A program made the translations under genes and the position numbers. 64,000 nucleotides of DNA, taken from positions 127,286,001 through 127,350,000 of the forward strand of contig NC_042997.1 in NCBI RefSeq assembly GCF_006345805.1, read 5' to 3'. A model generated the notes under the pieces. That model saw only the letters and a list, made by a program, of their open reading frames with translations, searched no databases and had not been told where the DNA came from. This stretch comes from Octopus sinensis (Eukaryota). How positions within the stretch are numbered: the stretch's first letter is position 1; each line of letters begins with the position of its first letter. Below are positions 12,193-25,147 of this stretch, in pieces.

Positions 12193-12500
12193 CACATGGA
12201 GGAAAGCACCTTCGAAAAGTGTCTTGGTGCGACTATGAAAGGTATCTAGTCAGAGGCGGTAAATTTGCCACAATAGAAGCAAGGTTCGAGTCAACGGAGC
12301 ATGCAAGGGAGTACTCGACTTGAACTTGCAAAGTGGAAATATTTTATTTTTACCTTTATATCTGGGATGTAGGACGTCCCAGAAAAAAATTTAAAATGCC
12401 TCCCCCCCCACCACCAGAAGTAGAGGTAGGCTGGATTGTAGCCACACTTCTATACAAGAGGGAGGACAAGATACAATTGATCGAAATTACAAGAGACGGG
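12193..12500 (+). pseudogene. Decayed fragment of a diverged relative of the same ORF1
   Basis: FEKCLGATMK / VRGGKFATIEARFESTEHA / PPEVEVGWIVATLL align in order with IEKCLGDIMGK / SRGKKFGTVEVRCATEEIA / PPEVKTEWLATAIL. Confidence 0.7.
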
Positions 12501-13712
12501 CTAACAATCAATTCCAGTCTGTTATATATTTTGAGTATTGTTATCACTAGCGATATCAAGATATAACTTTGTATTTTGTTTTTTATGTGTAGATGTATAT
12601 ATATATAGATGTACATGTAATATGTACACATATATATATACATATATACATGCACTAGAACTATGACCCGGCAACAACAGGTCTTTAATGCTAGTATATA
12701 TATATATACACACACTTTACTTCACACAAAGACATATATGGAGACATGTGTCCACACATATGGAGATGCACATCCATACATACAAACACGATACATAGTT
12801 GCAAAACACACACATACACACACACTCAAAAGACATGAACACACAAGAAGACAAGTGCATACATATATAAACACATGCACACACACACACATACATAAAA
12901 AACACACAAACAAGGACACGCAAGCTCATTAATATGCAGAATGCATACATACAGATGCACACACATACATACATATATACATATGCATACACACACATAT
13001 ATACATACACACACATGCATACATATATACATACATCATACATGCGTACATGCATCGACACACACACACACACTCACTGACCCACACACATGCGCACAAA
13101 CAAACAAAAAGGAATGCAGTGTAAATAACAGACAGAGTCAAGACTATTGAAAAGGTTGCAAGACGCAACAAAAATTTCAGGGAAATAAAGATAAGAAAAA
13201 AGTGGAAATTTTACCGGTGAGTGTGTTAAATAATAAGGTGCAAAAAGAAAATGACTCTCCCTAGACACAACAGAATATGCTTCAACACACGAATTCACAT
13301 AAAGAATCTTGCAAACCAAATCCAAAAACATAATATATATATATATATATATATATAAATGTGCACATATACATATATGTAACAAAGCAGGAAGCTGGAA
13401 GATTTTTTTGGTATTATATATTCACCATTACATATGTCTCATTTTTTTAATATAATAACTCTGCAAACAATATTTCCAGAATTGATATGTACCTTACATC
13501 AATTCAACAATGGAACAAATAAAAACAGGATCGTAATACTGGAATAAGTAGAGTGCTTCAAGAGGACACAACTTAGATTTTACCCTACTTACATCGTATG
13601 TATGTCTGTATATATCTATGTATATATATAAATATACACGAACACACACACATATATATATACACAAACATATATATATATATACACTTTATTTAAAGCA
13701 GCAGAAAATTCA

Positions 13713-13743
<31 letters not shown>

Positions 13744-13765
13744 AAGGAAAGAAAAATACACAAAC

Positions 13766-13865
13766 CTTTAATTTGAAATTCACGTTTCCTCTTTACTTCT
13801 TCAAGTAGTTTTTTCTCTTGCTCTATATCTTTTGTAAAATTCCTCTGAATTTTGATAATTCCTGT
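13766..13865 (-). CDS. Internal exon of unidentified host gene (coiled-coil-like)
   Basis: TTTTCCACTTTCTATTGCAG| 100 nt |GTTTGT; open frame TGIIKIQRNFTKDIEQEKKLLEEVKRKREFQIK, phase 0 to 1. Confidence 0.55.
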
Positions 13866-13967
13866 CTGCAATAGAAAGTGGAAAATTAACTATGAAATGG
13901 AACTTGGTATCTCTGAAGAAGTCGCTTGATCTCCTAGAAATCACATCTAACTGACTTGGAAATGGAG

Positions 13968-14425
13968 TGACATATTTAGAACGCCTTACATCCCTGGGCA
14001 TGGATACATTGAAACTCCGACGTCTGGCAGCTGACTTGGCAGACACCCATAAAATTATTAATCATCTTACTAACAATAAACTCTGAACACCTTTTCAAAC
14101 TCCACCTGTCTAACACCCGTGGACATGTTTACAAAGTCAGAAAACAGCACAGCTCCCATGACTTTTGGAAACATCTTTTCACGCTAAGAGTTGCTGAAGT
14201 ATGGAACAAACTACTGGCATCAGTTGTTAGTTGTCGGAGCACTGCATCCTTCAAAAGTTCCATGCTTCCTGAGATTCGCCAACACTACACCTCCATACAC
14301 ACGCAAGCATGTATCTGACTCATACACTGTTCACTTCCCAGATGTTTGTACATTATCTCATATGCTTTATACACACTTTTGACAAGTTGTGGTGCACCTG
14401 AGCACTATATACAATAATTTCACTG
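13968..14425 (+). mobile_element. CR1-clade LINE 3' fragment
   Basis: Translates as YLERLTSLGMDTLKLRRLAADL..THKII...NTRGHVYKV...FTLRVAEVWNKL..SVV...STASFK, the typical CR1 ORF2 C-terminus. Confidence 0.75.
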
Positions 14426-14711
14426 CCAGATCTGACTGGCCTGGTGCAGCCTTCGGGCTTCCCAGACCCCAGTTGAACCGTCCAACCCATACTAGCATGG
14501 AAAGCGGACGTTAAACGATGATGATGATGATGATATTATATTATATTATATTATATTATATCATATTATATTATATTATATCATATTAATATTAAGTTCT
14601 GATAAAGGACAGAAGGGCCATGGCTTAAATGCCATTGATCATATGTATGTATATAAAGGTATGTAGCATATTGGTTAGAGTATTTGACTCATGATCATAA
14701 GGTCATTTACT

Positions 14712-15128
14712 ATTTTACTCTTTTACTTGTTTCAGTCATTTGACTGTTGCCATGCTGGAACACTGCCTTTAGTCGAGCAAATTGACCCCAGGACTTATTC
14801 TTTGGAAGCCAATTACTTATTCTATTGCCCTCTTTTGCCGAACCGCTAAGTTACAGGGACATAAGCACACCAGTATCGGTTGTGAAGCGATGTGGGGGGG
14901 GGGGACAAAAAAGACGCACAAATATATACACACTCACATACATATATATATATATAATATACATATATACGACGGGCTTCTTTCAGTTTCCTTCTACCAA
15001 ATCCACTCACAAGGCTTTGGTCAGCCTGAGGCTATAGTAGAAGACACTTGGCCAAGGTGCCACACAGTGGGACTGAACCTGGAACCATGTGGTTTGTAAG
15101 CTACTTACCACACAGCCACTCCTATGCC
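14712..15128 (-). mobile_element. SINE family A, near full length
   Basis: Matches the 22126 copy in reverse. Further minus-strand copies near 39750-40112 and 42836-43216. Confidence 0.8.
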
Positions 15129-15582
15129 TAGTGGTACATTGTATTCTTGAGCAAGACCCTTTATTTTATGTTGCTCCAGTTCACTCAGCTGGTGAAAGCG
15201 AGTTCTACTAGTGATTCAAAATGGCCAGCTTTGTAACATTCTGTGTCAAGCTGAATTTCCCTGGGAACTACATTAAGTGTATTTGTATCTGAGGAATACT
15301 CAACCACTTGCATTTTAATTTCACAAGCAGGCTATTCCATTGATTGGATCAGCTGGAACCCTCATCACTGTAACTGATAGCATGCAGTTGATGTGCCTGT
15401 ATGATCAAGGCCAACCCAGGGTTAAAATATAACAACATATATTTCAGCAAATAAAATCAACTGATTTCGTTTTAAATTTATTTTGACCAACTGTAAAATC
15501 CCAGCACCACCACCACCACCACAATCACCACTACCAAAACAACTCTCATTTTTACTACCTTTATCAACACAGCTATGATCAC

Positions 15583-15827
15583 CAGTGGTGGACTGGGCCT
15601 AAAAATATTGGTTGCCAGGAGACTAAAGCGACCCACCTGCATTTACAATTAATTATTTCAGCCAGGCTGAAATAATTAATGCATTCTTCCAAGAGTGAAT
15701 AAAAAAATTTACAAACTTGATGGGATGGGCCCCTTAGATACTAACATGGGCTCCCATATATGGATTCTAATGGCGCAGGGGCCCACTTGCTATCGGGCAA
15801 GCTGGCAACCTGGCCAGTCTGCCACTG
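15583..15827. mobile_element. MITE, hAT-like
   Basis: TIRs CAGTGGTGGACTGG / CCAGTCTGCCACTG; imperfect 8-bp flanks ATGATCAC / ATCATCAT. Confidence 0.6.
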
Positions 15828-16814
15828 ATCATCATTACCACCCCCACCACCATTACTACAAGTACCACTACCAATAGTACTAACACCACTGCTGCTAGTA
15901 CCATCACTGCTACCACTATTACCATCAACATCTATTTTCCTACCAACACAATCATATAAAATCATCACCATTATTACGAACACAACTGCAACCTGTACTA
16001 CTATTACTACAACTATCACCTAAACTACAACATGATAACAACCACCATTATCACAACCAACATCACTACTGTACTGCAAGGTTTTTCCTTATGATGAAAT
16101 GGTTGCAGTAAAAGGCAACTCATTACTTGTTAAAAAGGTCAATTATATCAGATATATGCCCTGGCACTTGCCACTATCTATATCTCTCTCTCTTCCTTTA
16201 TGCAACCATTTCATTTATACTACTTAGTGCTTTCAATCCATATTTTATTTATGGTGAGCTGCTGGCTAGTGCAACCAGTAATAGTACTATGATTAAGAAT
16301 ACATTAAGAGTGACTTGTCTCTCTTGTCATTTCACAACATTCTGATTTCTGGTGCGGAAGAGGAGATAACCACTCCAAAATGCATGCATCCATAGTCTGG
16401 TTAGGGACACTGCAAGCTGGCTATAGCAAAAAAAATTTTAGGTGACAAAATACAGTAAATGGTTTTCTTATGGGCTTGAATATACCACAAGCATATTTGA
16501 ACTGCTTACTACTTTCATACAATATTATATCAGATATGGTATGTTCTGAGAGCCTCTACATGGTCACTAGATACACTAGACACAGCAGTCAAATAATCCT
16601 TAAATGACACTTTGTTCATAACAGAAGGTCTCTTCATCAGAATGAAAGGCATATTATATGATGCCTGTGTACAGACATATTATGCTACATATTATTGAAT
16701 CATGGACTGTGAATGCAGAGGATATGTGAAGGCTTGGAAGAAATGAAGCCTGCATGCTCCCTTAGATGTTCAATGTCTGTGTGCATGTGCAACAAAGTGT
16801 AAATGTTTCAATAG

Positions 16815-17090
16815 AAAAAATGGCCATAAGATGCATCAGATGTAGTGTGCAAGAGAGAAGAATGCACTGATATGGTCAAGTGATGTATATGGATGACGAC
16901 AGCTGTACAAAGAAGTGCTGATCTTTAAAATTGGAAGAAACTTTAAATTTTGAGGGAGACCTAGGAAGATGTGGGACAAAATAGTGAAAGATAATCTTCA
17001 GATGTTGTTCCTCACGGAGGTGATAACAAAATATTGAGATAATTGACAATTTGCTGTACTTGAAAAGATACGTCCAGTTAAGTATAATTG
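16815..17090 (+). mobile_element. Decayed RTE-type LINE 3' fragment
   Basis: Degenerate form of RCGVQ.RRL.WYGHV..MD.DSC.KKC...GRPRKTW; relatives near 4770, 44290 (+) and 44770, 57012-57225 (-). Confidence 0.6.
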
Positions 17091-17477
17091 AGGGCATAAA
17101 AAGCATGTTCTTTATGTCCCTCCAAACCCTTGCACATAATCTATCCAAGACAAACCTCTTCCCCATATACCATCTTGCCAACACATTCCTGCTTCCACCC
17201 ATGTTCTCCACTCTCTGTATCCCTCTTCCTTCTATCTTCCGCTCTCCCTCAGGAACTTACCTTTACACAATATGTCCCTGTCAAATCTTTTTCTCCACTA
17301 CATAATCCCCTAACACACCCTCTCCTTACCTGTGTCCACACACTACATTCCCCTCCCCTATCCTCTATCATACACTCTCCTTTCACAATCTTACAAACTT
17401 ACACACCCATTCTACTCAAACCCTGGTTCACTTCACTATGTGCACTCCCCCATAAATTCATCAGAGCTTCACCATCT

Positions 17478-17894
17478 TATTTCTTTACTACCCACAAGGG
17501 GCTACACATAGAAACGACAAACAAGGACAGACAAACGGATTAAGTCGATTATATCAACTCCAGTGCATAACTGGTACTTATTTTATCAAGCCCAAATGGA
17601 TGAAAGGCAAAGTCAACCTTGGCAGAATTTGAACTCAGAATGTAGTGGCAGACGAAATACCTATTTCTATTTCTTTACTACCAACAAGGGGCTAAACACA
17701 GAGGGAACAAACAAGGACAGACAAACAGATTAAGTCGATTACATCGACCCCAGTGCGTAACTGGTACTTATTTAATCGACCCCAAAAGGATGAAAGGCAA
17801 AGTCGACCTCGGTGGAATTTGAACTCAGAGCGTAGCGGCAGATGAAATACTGCTAAGCATTTCATCCGGTGCGCTAACGTTTCTGCTAGCTTGC
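17478..17894 (-). mobile_element. SINE family C dimer
   Basis: Two head-to-tail units with central GCCTTTCATCCTTT.GGGGTCGAT..ATAAGTACCA and tail ...GCCCCTTGT.GGTAGTAAAGAAATA. Confidence 0.8.
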
Positions 17895-20120
17895 TGTTTC
17901 TGTTGCTCACAACTTCACCATCTTGTCCCACCTCTCTTTCTGTCCCCCTCCACTCACTCTCTCTCTCTCTATCCCTCTCTACTCACTCTCTCTTTCCTCT
18001 CTCTCTCTCTCTCTTCTCTCCAACTGAGGTAGCCTTGTATCTCCTCTCCTGCATGACACCAGTTTCTGTTCATACTCTGGCCTCTCATAACCTGGCACAA
18101 AACCACCTCCCTCAGTGCTTCTCCCCACCATTAATTGAAAAGCTTTGTCCTGCAAGTTACTTGGTCACCTCACTGTGGCTGGTGCCACATGCACATCTCT
18201 CAGTCCACTCTGCAAAATGGTTGCTGTTAAGAAGAGCATCCGACAGTAGAAACCCTGCCAAAGCAGAAAGTGCAGCTTGGTACACCCATCAAACCGTCTT
18301 GGAGCACCCCATCTTGATGCACCCATCAAATCATCCAACCCATGTCAGTGTGGAAAACGGGTGTTAAATTTCGATGATGATGATGAGGAGGATGATAGTC
18401 TACCATTTTAAATGAAAAGAACACATCGAGTCAAATATTTCTTGATAAACTATGTTTAACAGTAAGGTAAGATTATTGGACTGACCCACAGGGCTAAAAT
18501 ACAGCAATAATGTAGATTAGGTGGATTTGCCCATTGACAAATAAATATAATGGCTATAAAAACATGTAGCAGCTGCAACAGAAGATGAACCATGAACCAT
18601 TAACCATTCTGTTGACTCTGGTTCCTTGTCAACTTGGCCATCTGTTTTCTCATTTTAAGCAAAAAATATGTGTTTGTTTTTCTAAGATCTTACAGGAAAT
18701 TCACCAACCTCTTCCACAATGTACCAAAGTTTGCTATAGTTTGAATAACATTTTTTATGTTTATTGAAGAATGAACTCCAATTATTCTGAGGATCCTACA
18801 AAATCTTCGGCACAATGTAGTTTTGACACCATTCTAATAAATCTATTTTATTGAAGGAGAACAGCAAAATGAAAAACCAGAAATATCAATAGTAGTCATC
18901 TCGTGCTTGTGTAGAATATAGTTAAGTGTCCAAGCTGTTCTAAGTGCATCAGTTTGCTTTTAACTGTTAATCACTGCTGTGTTGGAAGAATGTAAACTAC
19001 AGAAAATATTTAAATATTTCTTCAACGCATAAACATTTTATAGTAAGATACAGCGACTGGGAAGTTTTCCTAAATGTTAGTCTTTCTGGTTTTCCTCCAC
19101 CAGAAATGGCCAGCCTCTCGCTTTAATGGCATACATAACTGATTTGTATTTTTGTAAATGTCTACATTAGACTATTATTAAAATTGACATTTTTTGAATA
19201 CATTAGAACCTCCCAGGAGGACAATTTCATTGTTTCCTATTCTCAATCACAATCTACACATCTCCTTTGCAATTTCTATTGCATAACTAGAAAAAATCAT
19301 GCAAGAAATTTCATTAGTAATGAGATGTTGTGAAATCCACACCGCTGAAATGTTATAATCACAATAGATTGATTTGGAGCTGTGCAAATTTTCGTCTTTT
19401 CTATTTTTTTTCTCTCTTCAGATTAAATTAATTTTTATCACAAAAGAGAAATTGAACAAATAAAATAGATTCTTTACAAAATCTTTCCTTCACTTGTTGT
19501 TGTTATTTTTTGTCTCCCACCCTTCCCTCCCCTTCTCTCTAACCGTATCTCTTTCTCTCTCTCTCACTGCATTTCCCTCTCTCTCTCTCTCCCTCACTGC
19601 ATCACTTACTCTCTCTCTCTCACTGCATCTCTTTCACTCTCCCTCTCTCCCTCTCTCCCGTCTCTCCCTCCCCCTCTCTCCATGTTTCTCAGATACAGGA
19701 AATAAATATGATGTGATAGTTATTAAAATATTGATTTTTTTTCCATCAGCACAAAACTTCTGATTTGTGAAGGTGAAAAGTAAGATTATGTGATATTCAT
19801 GCCTTTCTTTTGAAATAAATAATGAGGATGCATATTTCATTGCAACCCTGGGTCTTACAGAGACCATTGATAATCTTGTTTCTCTGAATTATATCTAATA
19901 TAACTATGCACAGTGGAGCACTTCTGCTTCAAAGATATAATTCCAAGAAGAATTGAACTTGGTATTCTTTCACAACTCTATAGTTCCATATACCCCCCTG
20001 CTCATCCTCCTTCTCATGATGATGATGATGATGATATGATGATGCTGATGATGCTGATGATGATGATGATGATGATATGATGATGCTGATGATGCTGATG
20101 ATGATGATGATGATCATCAC

Positions 20121-20158
<38 letters not shown>

Positions 20159-21185
20159 ACATCATCATCATCATCACCATCATTTAATACCTATGTTCCA
20201 TGCTGGTTTGGGTTGGACGGTGGCACATGAGAAAACATTCAAGCAAGGTCATTGCCAGTGCCGCTGGACTGGCTCCTGTGTAGGTGGCATGTAAAAAACA
20301 CCATTTGAGCTTGGCCATTGCCAGTACCGCTTGACTGGCCCTGATGCTGGTGGCACATAAAAGCACCCACTACACTCTCGGAGTGGTCGGCGTTACGAAG
20401 GGCATCCAGCTGTAGAAACTCTGCCAGATCAAGATTGGAGCCTGGTGCAGCCATTTGGTTCACCAGTCCTCAGTCAAATCGTCCACCCCATGCTAGCATG
20501 GAAAGCAGATGTTAAACGATGATGATGATGATGATGATGATGATCAGCCCCAAAAATGGCCTCATACTTCAGTGCCTGCTTTGGCATGTTTCCTTTGACT
20601 GGATGTTCTTCCTAACACCAGACTTTGGATCTGGAAATGTAAGCATATGGTCAAATTTCTTTTGGTAACTGCAGGACACCACTCTCTCCAGATTGGGCAG
20701 CTATCTCAAAGACTCTGGACCCCTCATTGTTGAATTATTTTACTACAACTAGTTAAATTATGGCTTCTAGTGTCAAAGGGGACATAACTCTAATTTTCTT
20801 TTCTTTTTCTATTTTTTTTCACCTTCTCACTTTTTTAATTAATCTTTTTTGTTTTCCATGTTCTTTTATTTCTCATAGTTTCTGATGTATCAGCATCTTG
20901 ATTATTTTCAATTAGAACAGACCATGTGCTGAGAGCCAGAAGGTTGCTTGGAGATACAAGGCATGGTATAAAGACTACCTAGCCACATGTCTTCACAGTA
21001 ATGAACTATTAGTAGGTCTTATCTTTACCCTGTGCACATTGAATAACATTTATCTCTCATTGGATGGAGTGCTTTTTTTTCTTGATCTTACCATAGCAGA
21101 ACAGTAAACTGTATATATACATAGACATGTAAATATACATACATACAGACAAACAGACAGATGCATGCACACACACACACACAGA

Positions 21186-21216
<31 letters not shown>

Positions 21217-21217
21217 C

Positions 21218-21303
21218 ATAGAAAATAGTAAAAAGTGAAAAAACTACAGAAGGCTTTTAAAACAAGCCTTCTGTAGGTTTTTCACTTTTTACTATTTTCT
21301 ATA
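21218..21303. repeat. Near-perfect hairpin (39-bp arms, 7-nt loop) beside (TA)n
   Basis: ATAGAAAATAGTAAAAAGTGAAAAAACTACAGAAGGCTT-ttaaaac-AAGCCTTCTGTAGGTTTTTCACTTTTTACTATTTTCTAT, one mismatch. Confidence 0.9.
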
Positions 21304-21378
21304 TATCAACCACGTGCTTTCACAAACCAACTTTCTTATCTATATATATACATATATATATATATATAATATATATAT

Positions 21379-21489
<111 letters not shown>

Positions 21490-21515
21490 CATGTATATAT
21501 ATATATACATGTATA

Positions 21516-21550
<35 letters not shown>

Positions 21551-22125
21551 GAATCTGGGAATGAAGAGTTAACAGTAGTCGACAGCAATTGCAGATATAA
21601 CGATGTGTTTCAAAATCTATTGTTGACATTGCTTTCTTACGGTCAGAAACATTTCCTTATGGCTTCAGTGAACCTTAATAGTTCCTGACATTCAGGAATC
21701 TACCACAGTGAAAGACTTAAAGACATAACAAATGTCATATCTTGTCAAATCTAGATGTGCTACAGTAAATAAATCGGAGAAGTATACCTTCAGCAGAATA
21801 ATAAAATGATAATAACTTCTAGGTGATGGAGGAGGAGGAGGTGGTGGTCATGCACTGCAAAAGTGTGTAGCTGCGGCCACAATTTGTTGGTTATTTGCTG
21901 GTGGATAATACCTTTGCACCACACAGGCCACTGTCCTCTGCCTTCATGGGTCTGTTTCATTCAGTAATTGCTGGTGAGGGTTTTATGAAGTCAGGGGGCG
22001 AATCTTACTTCAAACTATTTTATGTCCCCTTTTTTCAATGGAGGAAACATTGGGTCTATTCTTTGATGTGCTGGTCAGCACAAAGAACTAGAGCAATGTG
22101 TAATGAATTGTTTTGTTCAAGAACA

Positions 22126-22351
22126 GGCGCAGGAGTAGCTGTGTGGTAAGTAGCTTGCTTACCAACCACATGGTCCCAGGTTCAGTCCCACTGTGTGGCA
22201 CCTTAGGTAAGTGTCTTCTACTATAGCCTTGGGCCAACCAAAGCCTTGTGAGTGGATTTGGTAGATGGAAACTGAAAGAAGCCTGTCGTATATATGTATA
22301 TATATATATATATATATAATAATAAATATTAGGGAATAAATCCCTAATTTA

Positions 22352-22406
<55 letters not shown>

Positions 22407-22640
22407 ATGTGTGAGTATATGTTTGTGTGTCTGTGTTTGTCCCCCCAACATTGCTTGACAACCGATGCTGGTGTATTTACGTCCCTGTAACTTAGCGGTT
22501 CAGCAAAAAATACCAATAGAATAAGTACTAGGCATACAAAGAATAAGTCCTGGGGTCGATTTGCTCGACTAAAGGCAGTGCTCCAGCATGGCAGCAGTCA
22601 AATGACTGAAACAGGTAAAAGAGTAAAGAGTAAAGAGAGT
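22126..22640 (+). mobile_element. SINE family A, full length
   Basis: Head GGCGCAGGAGTAGCTGTGTGGTAAG..GGTTCAGTCCC, central TA/TG tract, tail AAAGAGTAAAGAGTAAAGAG. Similar copies at 41495-41910 and 45623-46040. Confidence 0.85.
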
Positions 22641-22772
22641 AACATATCATGATACCTGGTTCAAGATTTGAGCCTTTGATCTGGCAATTGTGAATACAAC
22701 ACCTTAACCACTTGGCCACACGTCTTCACATATGATTAATCTGTTAAACTAATGTTTGGTGTGGTAAATAAT

Positions 22773-23110
22773 GAAGGTGCATGGCTCAGTGGTTAGAGCA
22801 TTGAGCTTATGATAGTGAGGCTGTGAGTTTGGTTCCTGGACTTGGCTTTGTGCTGAGTTCTTGAGCGATACACTTGATTTCATGTTGCTCCAGTTCACTC
22901 AGCTGTAGAAAGGAGTTGTGACACCACTGGTATCAAGCTGTATCGGCCCCCTTTGCCTTTCCCTTGGATAACATCAGTGGCATGGTGAACGGGAGGCTGG
23001 TATGCATGGGCGACTGCTGGTCTTCTATAAAACAACCCTCCCTGGACTTGTGCCTCAGAGGGTAACTTCCTAGGTGCAAACGCATGGTCATTCATGACCA
23101 AAGGAGGTCA
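22773..23110 (+). mobile_element. tRNA-derived SINE (another family)
   Basis: Head TGGCTCAGTGGTTAGAGC plus CTTGAGC...TTGCTCCAGTTCACTCAGCTG block also seen near 15145 and 51325. Confidence 0.6.
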
Positions 23111-23159
23111 CCTGGTATGGTAAAATAGTGATTAATGTTTAGAGTTATCATTGTATTGG

Positions 23160-23470
23160 TGGAGGTGCAATGGCCCAGTGATTAGGGCAGCGAACTCATG
23201 GTTGTAGGATCGCAGTTTTGATTCCCAGGCTGGCTGTCGTGAGTGTTTACTGAGCGAAAACACCTAAAGCTCCATGAGGCTCCAGCAGTGGGGTGGTGGT
23301 GATCCCTGCTGTACTTTTTCACCACAACTTTCTCTCACTCTTTCTTCTGTTGGCCTGCTTGCTTAGCCAGTGGGGTGGCATCATTGAAGGCTAAAACAAT
23401 GTGAAGCACATTGTGACCAGTGATGTGTAGCAACATCTGATAGCCTGATCGGTCATGTGATCACATGATC
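23160..23470 (+). mobile_element. tRNA-derived SINE (another family)
   Basis: TGGCCCAGTGATTAGGGCAG...GTTTTGATTCCC A/B-box-like head and a short repeated tail (CATGTGATCACATGATC). Confidence 0.55.
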
Positions 23471-23864
23471 ATCATATTGGTGTTGAAGCAAAACTTGAGT
23501 AAATGGTTTTAAAAACAATAACAAAAGAAACTGTTGATAGAGACAATGAATGAGGATGGTGTAAAACTGACAGAATATGTACAATGCAAATGTTCTCTTT
23601 TATTTTTTCTCTTATGCTTTTACTTGCTTCAGTCATTAGACTGTGGCCATGCTGGGGCACTGCCTTGAAGAATTTTAGTCAAATGAATCTACTCCAGGAC
23701 TTGTTTCTATTTCTTAAGCTTGGTACTTATTATATCGGTCTGTTGTGCCAAGCTGCTAAGTTACAGAGATGTAAACACACTGGTGGTGAGGAACAAACAC
23801 AACACAAAGACAGACAGACAGACACACACACACAAACACAAACACACAAACATACGCATGCACG

Positions 23865-23895
<31 letters not shown>

Positions 23896-24644
23896 CACAC
23901 ACACACACCACACACACACACACACACACACTGAGTTCTTTCAGTTTCTTATTTCTTTATAGTCCACAAGGGCTAAACATAGAGGGGACAAACAAGTACA
24001 GACAAAGGGATTAAGTTGATAACTCGACCCCAGTGAGTAACTGGTATTAATTTATCGACCCTGAAAATATGAAAGGCAAAGTCAACCTTGGTGGAATTTG
24101 ATCTCAGAATGTAAAGACAGACCAAATACCACTAAGCATTTCACCCGATGTGCTAACGTTTCTGCCAGCTCGTTGCTTTTCAGTTTCTTTCAGTTTTTGT
24201 CTACCAAATCCACTCACAAAGCCTGGTCGGCTTGAGGCTATGATAGAAGGCTCTTGCCCAAAAGTGCCACACGGTGGAACTGAACTGAAATCCATGGGGT
24301 TGGGAAGCATACTTCTTACCATACACTCCCACCTGCACCTGTTATACTGAATCCTTGTGCAGTTTGATGTAGTATGATGCACATCATTATATCTCCTTTA
24401 CTAACCACCCTTCATAATTTCAGAATTCAGAGTCTAAAGGTAGTCTCTATGACCTAATGAACTTATGATGTTTGATATTGTATTTATACAGTGCAGATCA
24501 ATAACTGCAAGAAAAATCTGGCAGAGAATGATTTGAAGAAAACTGCCCTTCTAGGGAGATGAGATTGGAAGAAGGGTTTAGTGCAGTATCTGGGATAAGA
24601 AACATAATAGGTGTGGTGATGTATGGTGATAGAAGAAGAGTATA

Positions 24645-25147
24645 CTCTTTTCTACACTAGGTACAAGGCACAAAATATTTGGGGAGGGGGCCGGTCAATT
24701 AGACTGACTCCAGTATGCAACTAGTACTTAATTGATTGACTCTGAAAGGATGAAAGGCAAAGTCAACCTTGGCAGAATAATGCTTATATTCTTTTCTACT
24801 CTAGGCACAAGGCCCAAAATTTTGTGGGAGGGGCTGGGTCCAGTCAATTAGATCGACACCAGTATGCAACTGGTACTTAAATTATCAACCCCGAAAGGAT
24901 GAAAGGCAAAGTCAACCTTGGCAGAATAATGTTTATATTCTTTTCTACTCTAGGCACATGGCCCGAGATTTTTGGGGAGGTAACCAATCGATTAGATCGA
25001 CCCCAGTATGCAACTGGTACTTAATTTATTGACTCTGAAAAGATGAAAGGCAAAGCCAACTTTGGCGGAATTTGAGCTCAGAACATATAGACAGTCAAAA
25101 TACTGCTAAGCATTTCACCCGGCATGTTAACGTTTTTGTCAGCTTGC
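24645..25147 (-). mobile_element. Three tandem copies of a family C variant with a different tail
   Basis: ~149-bp units sharing the junction GGCAGAATAATG.TTATATT; tail GCCTTGTGCCTAGAGTAGAAAAG. Confidence 0.7.

Noticed and set aside
4926-12198. Reading the array as tandem LTR elements sharing a ~165-bp LTR
   Set aside because: The block does not start with TG and no primer-binding site follows it; its end instead matches LINE/SINE tails.
13801-14046. 81-aa minus-strand ORF
   Set aside because: It is a composite of antisense CR1 sequence, intron and the wrong frame of the 13766-13865 exon.
20016-20183. (GAT)n-(CAT)n palindrome
   Set aside because: Explained by abutting microsatellite and an oppositely oriented SINE B tail.
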